Counted from the stretch's first letter, positions 39,436 to 53,734 are shown. The stretch: DNA of 64,000 nucleotides from Chrysomallon squamiferum (GCA_012295275.1 CM022673.1:23126001-23190000), one strand, 5' to 3'. Notes: generated by a model not told the origin, from the sequence alone. A program made the numbers and translations.

Positions 39436-42400
39436 CTTCCCCTTCCCCTCTTCCCCTTCCCCTTCCCCTTCCCCTCTTATACAGGCTTTTGGTTTTCTCA
39501 TATTATCCACAGTATTCTGGTTTAGATATCAAAAAGGCTTTCATGATGGAATAGACCAAAATCTATGTTGTCTGCATGTGGTAAAAAAACTGCTTTATTG
39601 TTGTTGTTAAGCATATGCTTATTTTTAAATTATTATTATCAAACAGGGGCGCACACATCTGACAATATTAAAAGGACATAACATAAAATATTTAGTTAAT
39701 ATTTAATAGTTAAAACAAAAATGTCTATTTTGTTTTATTAGAAAATATGATGAATCCATACATTGTTCAGGCAAGGTAATTGGGCTTTTTCACTGTTTAT
39801 CTTGAAGTAGTACAAAATTATTACTAAGATAATTTAATTTTAGTGAAAAGAGATTCAGGAGAAGATGAAGAAGAATGGCTCAAGACAAAGGAGCAGGCTG
39901 TTCTCGAACTTGGATCTTTATTAGCAAAGACAAATATGGCCACAGGTATTTCATGTTTTCAGTGTATGTTAAACTGAACTATGGGGACAAAATGTTTATC
40001 TTATATTAGTTGTAGTGTTCACTGACAACAGATTAACACTGTGTGTGCCATTTAAAAATTCTTCAGTTTCATTTAAACTAATTGTAAGAGTATTTAAAAA
40101 ACAGTTTATGATGTCTGTGTTGTTTTTGTTTTCTTACCTGAATTTTTCTTATATTTATAATAATATGATTTGGCATCACAGGAAAAACAGATTTATAGTG
40201 ACCTGAATCAGTAGTTAATTAAAGCTGTAAAACAAATTGTTCTCTTTTCTTACATAATAAAGATATGTTCACATAGTAAGTATGTATCTGTATAACTGAT
40301 TTCAGAGCTTGCTGGCCTTATTCGATTTACTCGACCTTTTCTTAGTTTGGTTAGTAAAGCTAAAGCAGCCAAACTGGTCCGAGCATTGGTTGACTTGTTC
40401 CTCGATATGGAAGCAGCCACTGGTAAAGAGGTCAGTTTTTATGTTCAGTGTTTATAACTCAGTACTTTCACGTTAAAATTATTTAATATAATTCTGTATT
40501 AATGTATCCCCGACTAGTTACTAAGTTATGTGTTTGAATGAAGATATGATGGTAAAGTAAGAAAAATTAGTATTTGAGGTAAATAAAAAAAAAAGTAAAT
40601 TTATAATTAGAGAAGCAGTGTAAAACATTTTTAAACTTTGGATTTTTGTCTTGTGCTACATTTCAGTGGTTTTCAGGAGTAAATAATATACCCACAGGAA
40701 GCTTTTCTTGTATATATTAATTTAAAAAGAAAAAAAAGCACTGGTTATTTTATTATACACAAAATTTTTAAGAATTAATTTTAATATGTGTTTTTACCCT
40801 TTGTCTAAAGACAAAGAAAAGTGTATGCCATTTAATTTTTGTAAATTTTGGTTAAGACTATATATTTTATTTTAGGTTGAACTTTGTAAAGAATGCATTG
40901 ATTGGGCCAAAGAGGAGAAAAGGACTTTCTTGCGTCAAGCACTTGAGGTAATTTTAAATCAAGCCTGTAGGTTGAAAACTAAATGGCTATTTATAAGTGA
41001 AAGTTTATTAACCATGAATATTTATACTTATCCAAAGTTAATTGAAGGTACATGAAAGTTCACTCAGATAACAAAGAATTATTTTTTTTAGATCATGTAA
41101 TTTGTATATACGTTTTCAATGCTTACCACTTGCATAAGATGGAGACATTTTGATTCTGTAAATCATTAATCTCATTATTTTATTTAATATTTTCTTGTTT
41201 GTCAATTATTTTATTTTTTATTAATATGTTTAATTTCAGGCACGACTTATTGCAGTTTATTTTGACACCAAGAATTATCAAGAAGCTCTTCAAATAGGTA
41301 ATGATTTTTAAAAAAAAACACATTTTTATTAAATAAGATTTTTGTAGCCCTTTGAACTAGTTACTATAATGAAAGTAATATGTGTTTTTTAATATTTTTT
41401 TTTGCTCTAAATTCTTAAAAATATATTTTCTAACACTTTTTATTGATTATTTTTCTAAAAAAAAAAAATTTGTTATTTTAAACACAGGATTTTGGTTGAA
41501 TTATAAACAACTGGCATATTGAGGTTTTATGAATTGATTTTTTTCAAAGTACATCAATTGTATATGTTGACAATGCTATAGGGTGTATAGAGTAACGTTT
41601 TTAGCAAATGCTTGTTAATTTAAAAAAAATTTGTTTAAAAAGTCTTAAAGTGTGAGCTTTTAAGCAGTCTGCCTTTATAAAGTGAAAACTATCACCAAAA
41701 TCTTTCTATAGTAATGTCAAAGTCACTGATGTACAAGTGTTCTATGTTTCATTAGAATTGAATAGTCAGTTTCAGAGAAATTTTGATTTCAGTATTGCAT
41801 GCAGATTGAAAAGCACAAAACAAGGAAAACACAAATATAAGAAGAGCAGCCAAACAATTAGACCCTATTACTTATTTCTTATTCATGCTTGAAAACTTTA
41901 GACATTCAGCCAGTAACTGAGCAATGTATCTTTCTCTTTTAACCAAGTTTTATTGCCCAAAACAAAATGTTCTGAAGTAAACAAAGATGAAGTACTGGTT
42001 GAAGACAATGACATGAGTCAGATTCATGACGATTCTTGCCATGTGTTGATTTGCTTTCTTACTTGTACTGCCTTGCATAAGCCACATGTTTTATTCATGA
42101 TTGCTTTCAGAACTGATTCCTGTTTTGATTTCTTTCCAAGAACCATTTTTAACAGATAAATAGGATAAATGCTTTCCACTTCATATTCCATAATTAAATA
42201 TTCTTTTGAATGGTAGGATTAAAAAATTATCAATTATCCAAATGTGATGTAGTTTTCACAACAGAAATCTGTAAAATAGTACAGGGGAGGTAACCTAGAT
42301 CAGTTTCATATGTGATATTAGATTTTTAGTGTGAACGGTTGTCACTATTTCATGGACTTTTTAATAGCAAATGAAAGGATAGCATTAGTAAATGCATTTA

Positions 42401-45400
42401 TACACCATAAAAATGACATTTTTAATGAAACTGAGATGTTGAACCTGAAAGTTGGTATGTTCAGGGATGTAAATCTGCAAAAAAACTGAAAATCATCAAA
42501 CCAATCCAGATTCAGCATTTTCTAGTGCTGCTCATTAGTTTATACCTAAAGTCTTTTTTCATGCATGTTAAATGTCTTTTAAATTCCCTGCATATACTAT
42601 ATTATTTTAAAACTGTTTGTTGTAGCATCTACCTTGTTGAAAGAATTGAAAAAGCTTGATGACAAAGCACTTTTGGTTGAGGTACAACTTCTAGAAAGCA
42701 AAGTTTACCATGCTCTTAGCAATCTCCCAAAAGCACGGTATGTACTGAATTATTGTTCATTTTCATTCCAAATTTTTTATGATTAATACCTTTGTCCACA
42801 ACTATTTGTGAAATGAATTTCTGTAAAAGCTTACATAAAATAAAATACTTTTAGGCAAAAATCAATTTTATGACTTTAAACAAGTGATTACCTTACCATG
42901 TATAATGTATTCTAGATTCTAGATCTAAATATATTGCATTTTTATTATCAATTTTAAACTGAATATTGAAATATAATTATCAGTATTATTGTTGGTACTG
43001 TACCCTAACTACAACTGAAAAAAACTTCATTTAAAAGCATTTATTGTAAATATTATTTTAATAATGGTTTGTGTATTTTATTTTATTATGACTCAACAGA
43101 GCAGCTTTAACATCTGGCAGAACTACCGCTAATGGCATTTATTGTCCTCCAAAATTACAGGCAGCTCTTGATCTTCAATCAGGTAAATAGCAGTGAACAT
43201 ATTTTCACAGGAAATCTAATTAAAATAATGCCAAACTTGGACAAAAAGAACCATTGCTAGACATTCATTCATTTATAATGAAATAAATAAAGCTCTTTAA
43301 CTGAAAATTAGGAATACAAAATACAGTAGTTTTCAGTTGCCAGCAATTGTGGCAGTATTGTAACAGAATGAAAATAATAATTAAAAACATTTAATATTTT
43401 ATTTTAGGTATTCTTCATGCAGCTGATGAGAGGGATTTCAAAACTGCATACTCATATTTCTATGAAGCTTTTGAAGGTTACGATTCCATTGACAGCCCAA
43501 AAGCTGTAATAGCTCTCAAATATATGCTTATGAGCAAGATAATGCTTAACATGTAAGTTTTTGATATTCATCATGAAGCAAGAATCGAAGGTTTTTTTAT
43601 TTTTAACTAGTGATTAAGAAAAAAAACAAAGTACAATGTTTAATTTGAAAGTTTATATTTAACTAATTTATTTGTGAAATCTTATACTTTTAATAAACTT
43701 GGCTTTATTACCCTGTTGCTCTAAATAATATATAAAGTTTTTGAAAGTATTTAAAATTTTATTTACCTTTTTAAACATCTTCATTGGTTTGATGAGAATC
43801 CTTATAGTGATAATCATATATTAAATAGAATTCAAGAAGTAAAATAAACTTAGATTATGCATTATAGATGTTTTAATGTGTACATTATTCCATATGATAT
43901 GATTTATCTTTCTTTTTTTCAGCTCTGATGAGGTAAATACTATTGTAAGTGGAAAGTTAGCACTGAAGTATGCAGGACCTGAAGTTGAAGCAATGAAAAG
44001 TATTGCATCAGCCAGTCACAAGAGATCATTAGCTGACTTCCAGAAAGTAAGATAAAAATTTAATTTAGCTAACAATCAGAATGTCACAAAACAATTATCA
44101 TTCCATACAGGTTGAAAATTAAAATACAGAAAGCTTAAATTACATTGGATTTTGCTTTAAATGTCATTTGTATAATTTTATTTTTTAAAAATTAACTAAA
44201 TTTTATATATATTCTTTTATGTATTTTATTGAATGATTTATTGTTGTCTGTTTTTTTTTTTTTTAAACTTCGTACATTAGAGAAATGTTTTATAAGGAGG
44301 TTTTTTTTTGTTTTTTTAGGGGTCATTATTTATATATACAAATGAACATTACAGTTCAGTATTACAAAGAATTGATTTTAAGTCTGTAGTGGATTTGTTT
44401 TTTTAAACAATATTTTGTGTATTTCAATAATCAAACAGAGGGTTAAATAATAACTCCAAATGTAAACTTGAAAAAGTAGCTGTATATTTATTAATAATAC
44501 TGATGATTAGCAATGTAATCATTTCAGACACTGACTATGTACAAGGCACAGCTGGAGGATGACCCTATCGTGTGTGCACATTTGAAAACTTTGTATGATA
44601 ACCTGCTGGAGCAGAACCTATGTCGAATTATTGAACCTTTCTCCCGAGTTCAGGTAAATTAAGATCAATTATTTCAGTATAATTTGTAATTTGTAAACTT
44701 ATAATATCTTATAAATTAAATAAATAAACATTTTAAGAATAAGTAAGGACTTTACCTCAACCATATCTTTCAAAGGCATGGTTTAAGAGTGCCTGAATAT
44801 GGCAACATATAATGTTGCTCATTGTTGCATAATATTTATAAAAAAATTTTAATACAAAACAAAATTGATTATATGTTGTTTTGTTTTTTTATAGGTGGAC
44901 CATGTTGCTAGTCTTATAAAATTGCCAATTGTGAATGTTGAAAAGAAATTATCACAGATGATATTGGACAAAAAGTTTCATGGTGAGATAATTTAAAAAT
45001 ACTTATAATTTATTTAAAATTACTGTTTGTAATATTTCTTTTTTTTTAAAATTATTGTTTCTCTAATTTTAAATGATTTTAAATTAATTTTTGGTTGATG
45101 CAAATAAATCAGATATAATTTCTATTATTTATTTTTTCTTCATATATAATAAAACAGGTATGTGGGTGCAGTGGTAGATGGGACATAGCCCTTAAATGTT
45201 TTATAAATTTCTTCTGTGGCATATTTTTCTCATATAGATGTTTTATTGCATTTGAAATAAACAAACTTATTTTTAAGAAGTTTTTGACATCATTTTTATA
45301 ATAAAATAATTATTTATAACTAACTTTAAACATAGTAAATTGTTTTTTAACTGTTTTGGTATTTCACTGTTCTTTGACTATTGAATACACTAGTAACAAA

Positions 45401-45866
45401 TAATCAAACTCAAGTGTTACCCATAATACATTTGAATGATCTGACTAGTTCCTTTTCTTTCTTTTTTTTAATATCATAATTTAGCACTGGAACACTGCAT
45501 TAATTTAATAGATATAATTTAAAAACTATAACTGCGTTTTTCTGAAAATCAAAATGAAAAGAATAATGTAACAAATTAAAATTATTCTTTCAAATGGAAA
45601 AGAAAAACATCAACACGTTAATTGAGAATTTCCAGTTTAAGAGTATATTTTTCAACATTTCAAGATACACAAAAATAAGCATTTCTTTTAATATAGGTGG
45701 GTTGTAACCATTATTATTTGCAGGCATTCTGGATCAAGGAGAAGGAGTTCTAATAGTGTTTGATGAGACACCTGTTGACAAGACATACGGAAGTGCTCTG
45801 GAAACTATTAACAGCATGGGAAAAGTGGTGGACGCCTTGTACAACAAGGCCAAAAAACTGACATAG
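38763..45866 (+). CDS. PSMD11: 26S proteasome non-ATPase regulatory subunit 11 (Rpn6), 419 aa, 12 exons
   Basis: Exons 38763-38844, 39844-39945, 40306-40430, 40876-40947, 41240-41297, 42626-42737, 43100-43182, 43408-43552, 43923-44046, 44528-44653, 44895-44982, 45724-45866 join to 1260 nt in frame. Motifs: [75 protein letters not shown] domain [17 protein letters not shown]...[21 protein letters not shown], and C-terminal LYNKAKKLT*. Confidence 0.96.
39342..39476. repeat. (CT)n microsatellite followed by (CCCCTT)n in PSMD11 intron 1
   Basis: Read directly from the sequence. Confidence 0.95.
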
Positions 45867-48437
45867 TGTTGTTTTCTCTGGGAGTGTGAATGATAAAGAA
45901 TGAGAGAAAAGATGTACTTTTCTGTGAGAACATATAAGTCTATTGTGTAACAATGTTTTTCATTATTCATTCTGAAAACATTTGTTTCTGTGACACACAC
46001 ACACATACAGATATATATATATGCTCATTAATTACAAAACTTTTTCCCTAAAATATAAGAATGGATTAGTTAACAACATTCATAGTTTTTCATCAGAATT
46101 AATAACTTTCTCTTAGGAAATGTATTCCTTTATAATGTGTAAATTAAACAAACCAGTGTAATATTAAAGTACAAATGAAACATAATATCTTAGATGATGC
46201 TGAAGTCTTAGTGTTTTAAAAAGTATCCTCAGTGTTTTAAAAAATTTGATTCTGCCCTGTTTGTATAATGGTGTCACATCATGTTACGTTTAATCTGTAT
46301 AATTTACAAAATGAACCACACATTTTTAAAAGATCAAAGCACCAGAGATATACATAAGTAAAAAGGTTTTTATCACAATCTAATACTGATATATAAAGAT
46401 TTTTTTTTTTTTTTTTTATATATATAGATTTGATTAGCAACTTACATCTAAATATAATCAACATCTTAAATTAATATCTGAAATAATTACATAAATGCAC
46501 TTTTATGAGTATTGTAGAAAGCTGTTACTAGTGAGCTAGCATTTTTAAGGGGGTTTTGTTTCCTTTATTTATTTATTTTTTATCGATTCTACATATAAAG
46601 TTTTTATAGGGTGTGTAAAAGGTAATGAAATTTAGTTGTTAAAATTCTTTCAAACTACACGAAAAGACCTATGCCAGTATAATTTATCCTATAGTATTAA
46701 CAAGTATTTAAAGATGTATTTCATGTATTGCATGGTTCATCAGAATAATTTCTACAGTTTAACAAATGAGACAGTTGCTATATCTTTTATTTCAGTCATA
46801 GGGTTGAAGCCAGCAGTAACAAAGAATGTTTTCATATGGATTAATACATTTTCGTCTGTAAATTATGTAACAAGAGGGAGATATTGTCTTGTATTTTACA
46901 ATTGTGAAATACTGTAATTCAGGGTTGAATGTAATCCACATATCACAATCAACAGCATCTTTTGGTTTTTGATAAATGTTTCCTAAATACTAAATAAAAG
47001 AATAAAATTAAACAGTTGGTGTTGATTTGTTAATTATTAATAAATTGTGGCAGTTGCATGCCAGCTTGTTCATTAGAGCATGGTTTTTAAAGTATGAATG
47101 ATTGAAGGATCAACCTTTGGTGCAAAATAATTTTTTTATCAAAAGTTATTATATGTGCTATTCTGAGTATCTCTTCAGTTAATGACATCTGGGTTCCTGT
47201 CCTAATAGTATTTATAGCTAATTCTGTTTTTCGTTATTAAACAAAATTTTCATTGTTTTTCCGTAATTTTGTGAGTTTTTATGCTGTTGACTAATGTAGC
47301 AGGGGTTTCTAGTGGCTGAAAGATAACATTAACGATTATTAAGTGTCAGTTATGTGCTTTTGAAATAGTTGTGAGTGAAATTTATCATTTTAGACCAGGA
47401 TGACATGGAAATTCTGTAGAAGGGATCATATGAAAAAAGAAAAAAAAACAGGCTACAATTACTTTAATGAAACATGAATGTCTGATAAAAGCAACAAGTA
47501 GGAATAATCTAACAGGCCATCATTATCAGACAAAAGTTGCAAAATAAATACATATATGAAGATGTACAATGCCTTTTCTGAAACAATAAATTATATTAAA
47601 ATTAAAAAGAATAGATATATAAAAAAAATATTAACTTTTTTTCTTTTTTTATAATTTTTATATATATATACATAGTGGCACTTTTTTTTTTTTAGCTTAT
47701 CTTAATTATTTAAAATATAAATAACTTTTAAAGAACGTTTTTCAGGGTTAGAATAAACAGTCAAATCATTAATTCTTTTTAGCTGCCATGTGTGTGTACA
47801 GAGAGAGAGAGAGAGAGATGTGTAGGTGTGTGTGTGTATTTATTTATTTGAAAAATACTTCTCAATTTTTTAAATTAAAAAAGAAGGCATAAGAAAAGCA
47901 AAATGGAAAAAGAAAATAAATCAATACTTAATGCGAATTTATATATTTTAATTACCTTCAAATAAATAACCACACACACACACGTGACGCACGATGAATT
48001 CCACGGAAATGGATTTAAAGTAATTTTTATTTAAGGTGATAAAATGAAATGAAATGCATGTAAAATTTGAGTGAGAACAGTGAGAGAAAACAGCATATAC
48101 ATTCCGCTCAATGACGAGTCGTGTTCTGTATATTGATTTTGCTCGACTTAGTTATCGAAACTTTCAGCACTGAAGCTTGTTAACCACGTCAGCCTCGCTT
48201 CCAGATCACAACATCTACATAAAACTTGATAATAATTTATTTTATTCTTGGATGGTGCGTCACTGACAAGAAAGATGGGATTGATTGCCACAGAGACCGA
48301 GTGATGGCCGCCATGTTTTCTGTCTTTGTTGAAGCAGTTTTATGAACACGGAGATAATGGCTGGGAGAATCGGACGATGAAGTGATGAAGAAGGTGCATG
48401 GAATGCTGTAAACAGGCGAATATCGCGATCGCTTGTA

Positions 48438-49748
48438 ATGCTGCTTCGTACTCAAATGGCTGGGATCGAGTTTTACGACGCGGTGCTAAACAACGAACTG
48501 CAGCTTTTGAAGCGGCTAGCAGCACAACACAAAATCGATCTAAGTGCGAAATTCGTTGAGGTGAGAAAAAAGAATCATTCAGATTTATGTCCTCTACATC
48601 TAGCAGCGTATCGTGGCTACACTTATATGCTGCAGTATTTAATAGAATCTAAATGTGACGTTAACCAGACGACAACAACTCTCAGAAGAACTGCCCTCCA
48701 TTTTTCTGTACTTCGCCACAAAATGGGGTGTCTGTTATTGCTCATTTCAGCTGGCGCCAAACTTGATGCTAAGGACACTTTTGGCAACTCGCCTTGCCAC
48801 TATGCCGCCGATGATGGCTACTGTCAAATGTTAGACGTATTACTGCGACGCGGCGTTAATGTCAACAGTCAGGATATCACGTCAAAGACACCGATGATGA
48901 AGGCGGTACGTAATAACAAAGCCGACGCCGTTCTGCGACTACTTCGACACAACGCCGACCTCAACATCACCGACAGGAACTCGGACATGGCCTTGCACTA
49001 TGCAGCAAGAAATGGATGTGTGGATATCATCGATACCCTTATCTGCGCCAAGAGTTCTATTGATGTTCAGAACTACTGGGGAAGGACACCACTCATGGAG
49101 GCAGTTTGCTACAACCACAAAGACGCCATTTCGCGATTGATAGAAGCAAGCTGTGATCTGAATAGACGCGAGTTCAAAACAGGAGACACGGCTCTCCACA
49201 TCGCCATCAAGCGCAACTACATCGCCGTCGTAGAACTGTTACTACGAGCAGGTAGTCGTCACGACATCTACAACCATCAAGGCGAGACTGCCGCGTATGA
49301 GGCAGTTGTGAGTAATAAAATAGATGTAGTCAAACTAATGATTTTCTATAACTGTGACCTTGATGTTCCTGCCAAATATTTTTCCAATGGTATCTACAAG
49401 TCTATTTTTCAGTTAGCAGCCGAAAAGGGGCACTTCGAACAATGCCGTCTTCTTTCGTCGTTAGGTTACGTTGACTACGGCGCCAGGAGCTCCCTGTACA
49501 CAAACTACGTCCCATCCAGACCGTCTGAACACGACGACAACATTCACAGCCTCCGCGTCCAGATGCACAGTGTCGTGTCGTTGCAGCATCTATGCCGGAA
49601 GTGCATTAGAAAGATGGCTGGGCATAGGTTACTGGAGAAAGTGGAATTCCTGCCGATGCCCAGGGCTCTCAAAGACTATGTCGTCATCAAACACATTCGA
49701 GGACGGAATGATGCCAGCTCTGTGGAAATGACAAAGTCTTTCAGATAA
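48438..49748 (+). CDS. Ankyrin-repeat and SOCS-box protein (ASB-like; putative Elongin BC/Cullin-5 adaptor), 436 aa, intronless
   Basis: About 8-9 ankyrin repeats (CPLHLAAYRG, TALHFSV, GNSPCHYAADDG, TPMMKAVRNN, ALHYAARNG, GRTPLMEAV, GDTALHIAIKRN, GETAAYEAV). C-terminal SOCS box SLQHLCRKCIR...LPMPRALKDYV with an LPxP Cul5 box. The start could be the second Met (MAGIEF). Confidence 0.9.
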   Translation: MLLRTQMAGIEFYDAVLNNELQLLKRLAAQHKIDLSAKFVEVRKKNHSDLCPLHLAAYRGYTYMLQYLIESKCDVNQTTTTLRRTALHFSVLRHKMGCLLLLISAGAKLDAKDTFGNSPCHYAADDGYCQMLDVLLRRGVNVNSQDITSKTPMMKAVRNNKADAVLRLLRHNADLNITDRNSDMALHYAARNGCVDIIDTLICAKSSIDVQNYWGRTPLMEAVCYNHKDAISRLIEASCDLNRREFKTGDTALHIAIKRNYIAVVELLLRAGSRHDIYNHQGETAAYEAVVSNKIDVVKLMIFYNCDLDVPAKYFSNGIYKSIFQLAAEKGHFEQCRLLSSLGYVDYGARSSLYTNYVPSRPSEHDDNIHSLRVQMHSVVSLQHLCRKCIRKMAGHRLLEKVEFLPMPRALKDYVVIKHIRGRNDASSVEMTKSFR

Positions 49749-52700
49749 GATCCATAAATAAGAATCAGTCTAAAATTCATTTTATCAATGTACTTCTATA
49801 TATTTGAAGAAATATAATAATACTCATTAAATTATAATTAGTACAAATTTCATGAATTATAAAGGAAGTTAAATGGATAATTTCATAGCAGTTTAATGAC
49901 AAATAATTAGTTAAGACGGGTGCATGGGACTACAATAAAATAGGAAAAGAGAAATCGTTTTTGAAGCTACTTAATTCAGTATGTGTATAATACGAAAACA
50001 AAGTGTAAAGTTTAAGATGCAGAGGATATTTTTATTTTTGTTTTAAATACTGCTGCTACTACTACTACTACAAGAACTTACTACTACCACTACTTATACT
50101 ATTTTCACAGCTACTACTGATAAACAGTAGTAATAATAGTCTTTGCTTCAATATTGTAGCATAATCCAAAAAGGATTTGTAAGAATATTAAGAAAGGAAA
50201 AATTTTAAAATTGTACATTTTGTGAAAATGGTAATATAGTGTACTGAATACAACTATTTTGACACATTAACCGATATGTAGTTAATTATTTATAACTTTA
50301 TTATTGTTATTGTGCACATTATATAAATGTATCTCTGAGTTATATCCATGATATAGTATATGTATTGTTAATTAACAATTGACATCCTTGAAACTTTACT
50401 CAGTGTTGATAATTTCACCAAACCAATAACGAAATTAGAATTAATTTAAAAGTTAAGGGATATTTCGAGAACTGTGAAGGGAAAAAGTATAAAAAAAAAC
50501 ATTCCAAGATATATTTTTAAAAAACATTTATAACTTTTTTTTTTAACCTTTTACGTTATTTAAATGTCAACATTCTGTACCATTTTAATTAATTATTTAA
50601 GTAACAGGCATATATTTGTAGTTTTCGAATCTCACTCTCTGGCTTTGTCTCTCATTGATAAAGAAAGTTTAGTTCGAGAACGATCAAACGTAATTAAATA
50701 TGGAGACATAATTTCATCAATACTGTAGTTGTAATCTGAATATTATAAAATAACACTAATGTTCAGTAATATAGTAAGATACTAATGGTATCATGAATTT
50801 AATAACGGTTTTTCGATAATTTTGTGTAAGGTTAAAAAGTTAGGAAAGCTGATTTATTTAATGCATCTCAGGGTGGTTTCTTTCTTTTCAAAGAAAAAAA
50901 CATTGTTTTTCCCACCTACCTCCTCAGTATTTCTTGCAGTTAATAAGGCTGCAACAACACCTAAAATTCTAACGAATTATAGAATATAAAAAAGGTAATC
51001 GGAAACGAAGAAGATTAACTCACTCTTGTATTTGAAGTGCCTGGCAAGAAATAACTTACTAATCGGAATTTAACGTTTACTAAACTGGCAAACTTCAGAC
51101 AAAAAACTTATTCGGTGAGTTTATAAATACCCAATCCCCTCATTTTAGTCTGAGATTCCTTGTGATATCTCCTATTACAATATTCCTTTAAGTTTGAGAC
51201 ATAATAATATAATAATAATAATGTCAAAAACAGTCGATATACTAAAGAAAATAATTCTGATATTAACGGCTCAGTATTTTCGGTTAGTGTATATGAATAT
51301 TCAAAATGATGTTTAAATTTGTCTGGTTTTCTGTGATAACTGTTGATTACATTTTATTTAATATGTATAGTTTGAACCACATTTTTGTAAAATTCTTTTG
51401 ATTTCACAGAGTTTTCTGGAGACTGTTGTTATATTTCACTCAGTTGTAAGCTGTCAAAACATTCAGCCATCCATCAAGAATGCATTTCATTGATTTTGTT
51501 TGACTGTCAAAAAGAAGCTGCCAGTACAAATTTTAAGTCGTTTAAAAACTTTCTCATTTAGAAAAAAACTAAACATTTGATGTAAAAATATTTTGGTAAT
51601 GGGTGTAATGGAGAATGTCTAGAATCGTAAAACAAAATTCTGGCATTTTAAATAAAAATAGTTTTCATGGAAATAGATAAATCCTAATAAACGAATTTCA
51701 CAAGCTAAATCTAACTGTACCATATATTTTTCTTGTAAATGAATGAAGCTGTTTAATATTTACATAACAATAAGGGATTGATAAAATAATAATTCATTTA
51801 ACGTCTTCTCATTATATATATATAAAAATACAGTTTGGGTAATAGAAATAATATTTTTTCTCTGGAAGGCATATTAAATTTGAAACATGTCGATAAATCC
51901 GTAGTTTCTAGTTTGTTTATTGATGTTCTGCTGTTGAATTAAAATCAAATGATTACGTTGAGGTGAAGTATGGCATTTCCGCAAATGTATATTTATATAT
52001 GTGTATGTGTACAGTGTATTTTGTTAATGTATTATATTAACATGTTCCACATGGCCTTATAAATTATCTTTTAAGACCTTTTGTCATAAGCTATTTTATG
52101 TAAGGTTTAGTACAAAATCGGATGTCAGCATTGTGCTTTTAAATATGACCTGTTGAACAGCAAGAGAACAAAATAATATTATTTATTTTGTTGCTAAATG
52201 GTGAAATATTTAATAATCTGACAAACTGGTTGCAGTTATATTTTTGTTCTTAATAAGCTGTTGAAAAGTAAAGGTTTTAACTTTTACAAATACAGGTTTT
52301 TAATTAACACATGAATTAGTTTTTATTTTAGATTTGATTATCCCCAAGCCTTTTTCATTTTATTGTTTGTTCTTAAAATTTAAAAGCATTTTCTTTGGTA
52401 TTTTCATGCAGATGTTTATTTATTTGTTTATTTATTGATTCATTATTTAAAATTGGCGTTCTTTATATAAGTTTAGTATTATTATTAAGTAATTCAGTGG
52501 ACCACAGTTCCTTTTGGTCAATTTTATTTCGGTCACATTTAAAGGCACAGTAATTCATTCCTGTTTGTACCAAAATATTATTATTTGCAAGACTTGACTG
52601 AGCACTAAACGTTTGTTCATTTTGGTTGTGTTTAAATAATGTATAGTATGAACACTCAGGGTGTAGGTTTGGTTAAATGGTGAAACAGAAGTATTACAAA

Positions 52701-53424
52701 ATGTTTTGTAAACAGAAATGTTTGGCAATTCCTGTTAATACGGCTCTCAATGAAATTGTTAAATTTTAATATATTGAAAATAAAAATTGCTCAGTTTTAT
52801 CAGTAATTTTGTTGTTTTATAACACAAACACACACACACATACATACATACATACAGATTAATTACAACATTCTCAAATAGCAAAGTGCCTATTTATTTT
52901 CTTCGAATTTAACAATGTATGAATGTTTGATTAATTACAATATTATTAACGACTCTTAGGTGTCTGTTATATGTTTTCTTGTATAAATGGTCCGTATCGC
53001 CATATATATTGATTAAGTCACATGATCTTTCATAATCACCTTCCCATAACTGGGGAAGTACGTACCATTAATCACGGAACTGCTTCTTTTTATTACCCTT
53101 TTGAATAATAAACGAAAGGATAAACATTTAGTTAATATTTTGACCTTAAATTCAGGTCACCTTCCAAAAAAAGGATATTGCACTGAAACTGAATGATTTC
53201 GCTAAGACTGAGAACATAAAGGTAATCTTTTACTGAAGAGATAAAGTCGGTGTCGGAAGATAATAACAATCGTATGAATTAAAAAAGGAGTACAAATATA
53301 ATGCCAGCAGCAACAACAATAACAACGAGAAACTAGTCGTTAATTAGTATAGTGAACAAACTAGTGAAAAATTTGTCTAACGTGTATAAGGTTATAATTA
53401 TTATTTTCAATAAATCAGTTTTAT

Positions 53425-53445
53425 TATTTTATTTATTTATTTATT

Positions 53446-53514
<69 letters not shown>

Positions 53515-53545
53515 TTATTTATTTATTTATTTATTTATTTATTTT
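53425..53545. repeat. Compound (TTTA)n/(TTA)n microsatellite
   Basis: Read directly; it is the source of the poly-Tyr ORF 53352-53639. Confidence 0.9.
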
Positions 53546-53716
53546 TTGTATGTGTTGTAGTTGTATTATTTTATTTTTATTTATTTATTTACTTTTTTTT
53601 TTTTTTCTCTCATATAAAATCATTTCTTTCAAAAGATAAAGACTATTTACAAATTAAAAGCACACTTGCATATCTGTAGCTACATGAAAATAATATTAAG
53701 TCCTACTTTAGCTTAT

Positions 53717-53734
53717 AAATTTGGCGCCAAATTT
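53717..53734. promoter_or_regulatory. Perfect 18-bp palindrome containing the E2F-type core TTTGGCGC on both strands
   Basis: AAATTTGGCGCCAAATTT, about 55 bp upstream of an ETS-like ACCGGAAAT (~53789) and the putative non-coding first exon of the Glu-rich gene. Confidence 0.5.

Noticed and set aside
41950-42160. Intronic snoRNA or extra exon in the long PSMD11 intron 5
   Set aside because: There is no convincing C/D box pair with a terminal stem or H/ACA layout, and PSMD11 is complete without it.
48237-48314. Minus-strand gene start ATGGCGGCC (MAAITRSLWQ…) divergent from the ASB gene
   Set aside because: It stops after 25 codons, has no good splice donor and no downstream exons were found; a YY1-type promoter motif explains it better.
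5727-53639. Numerous 60-120 aa ORFs rich in I/Y/F/L/K or dipeptide runs
   Set aside because: They derive from AT-rich introns and microsatellites and show no domain motifs or consistent splice structure.
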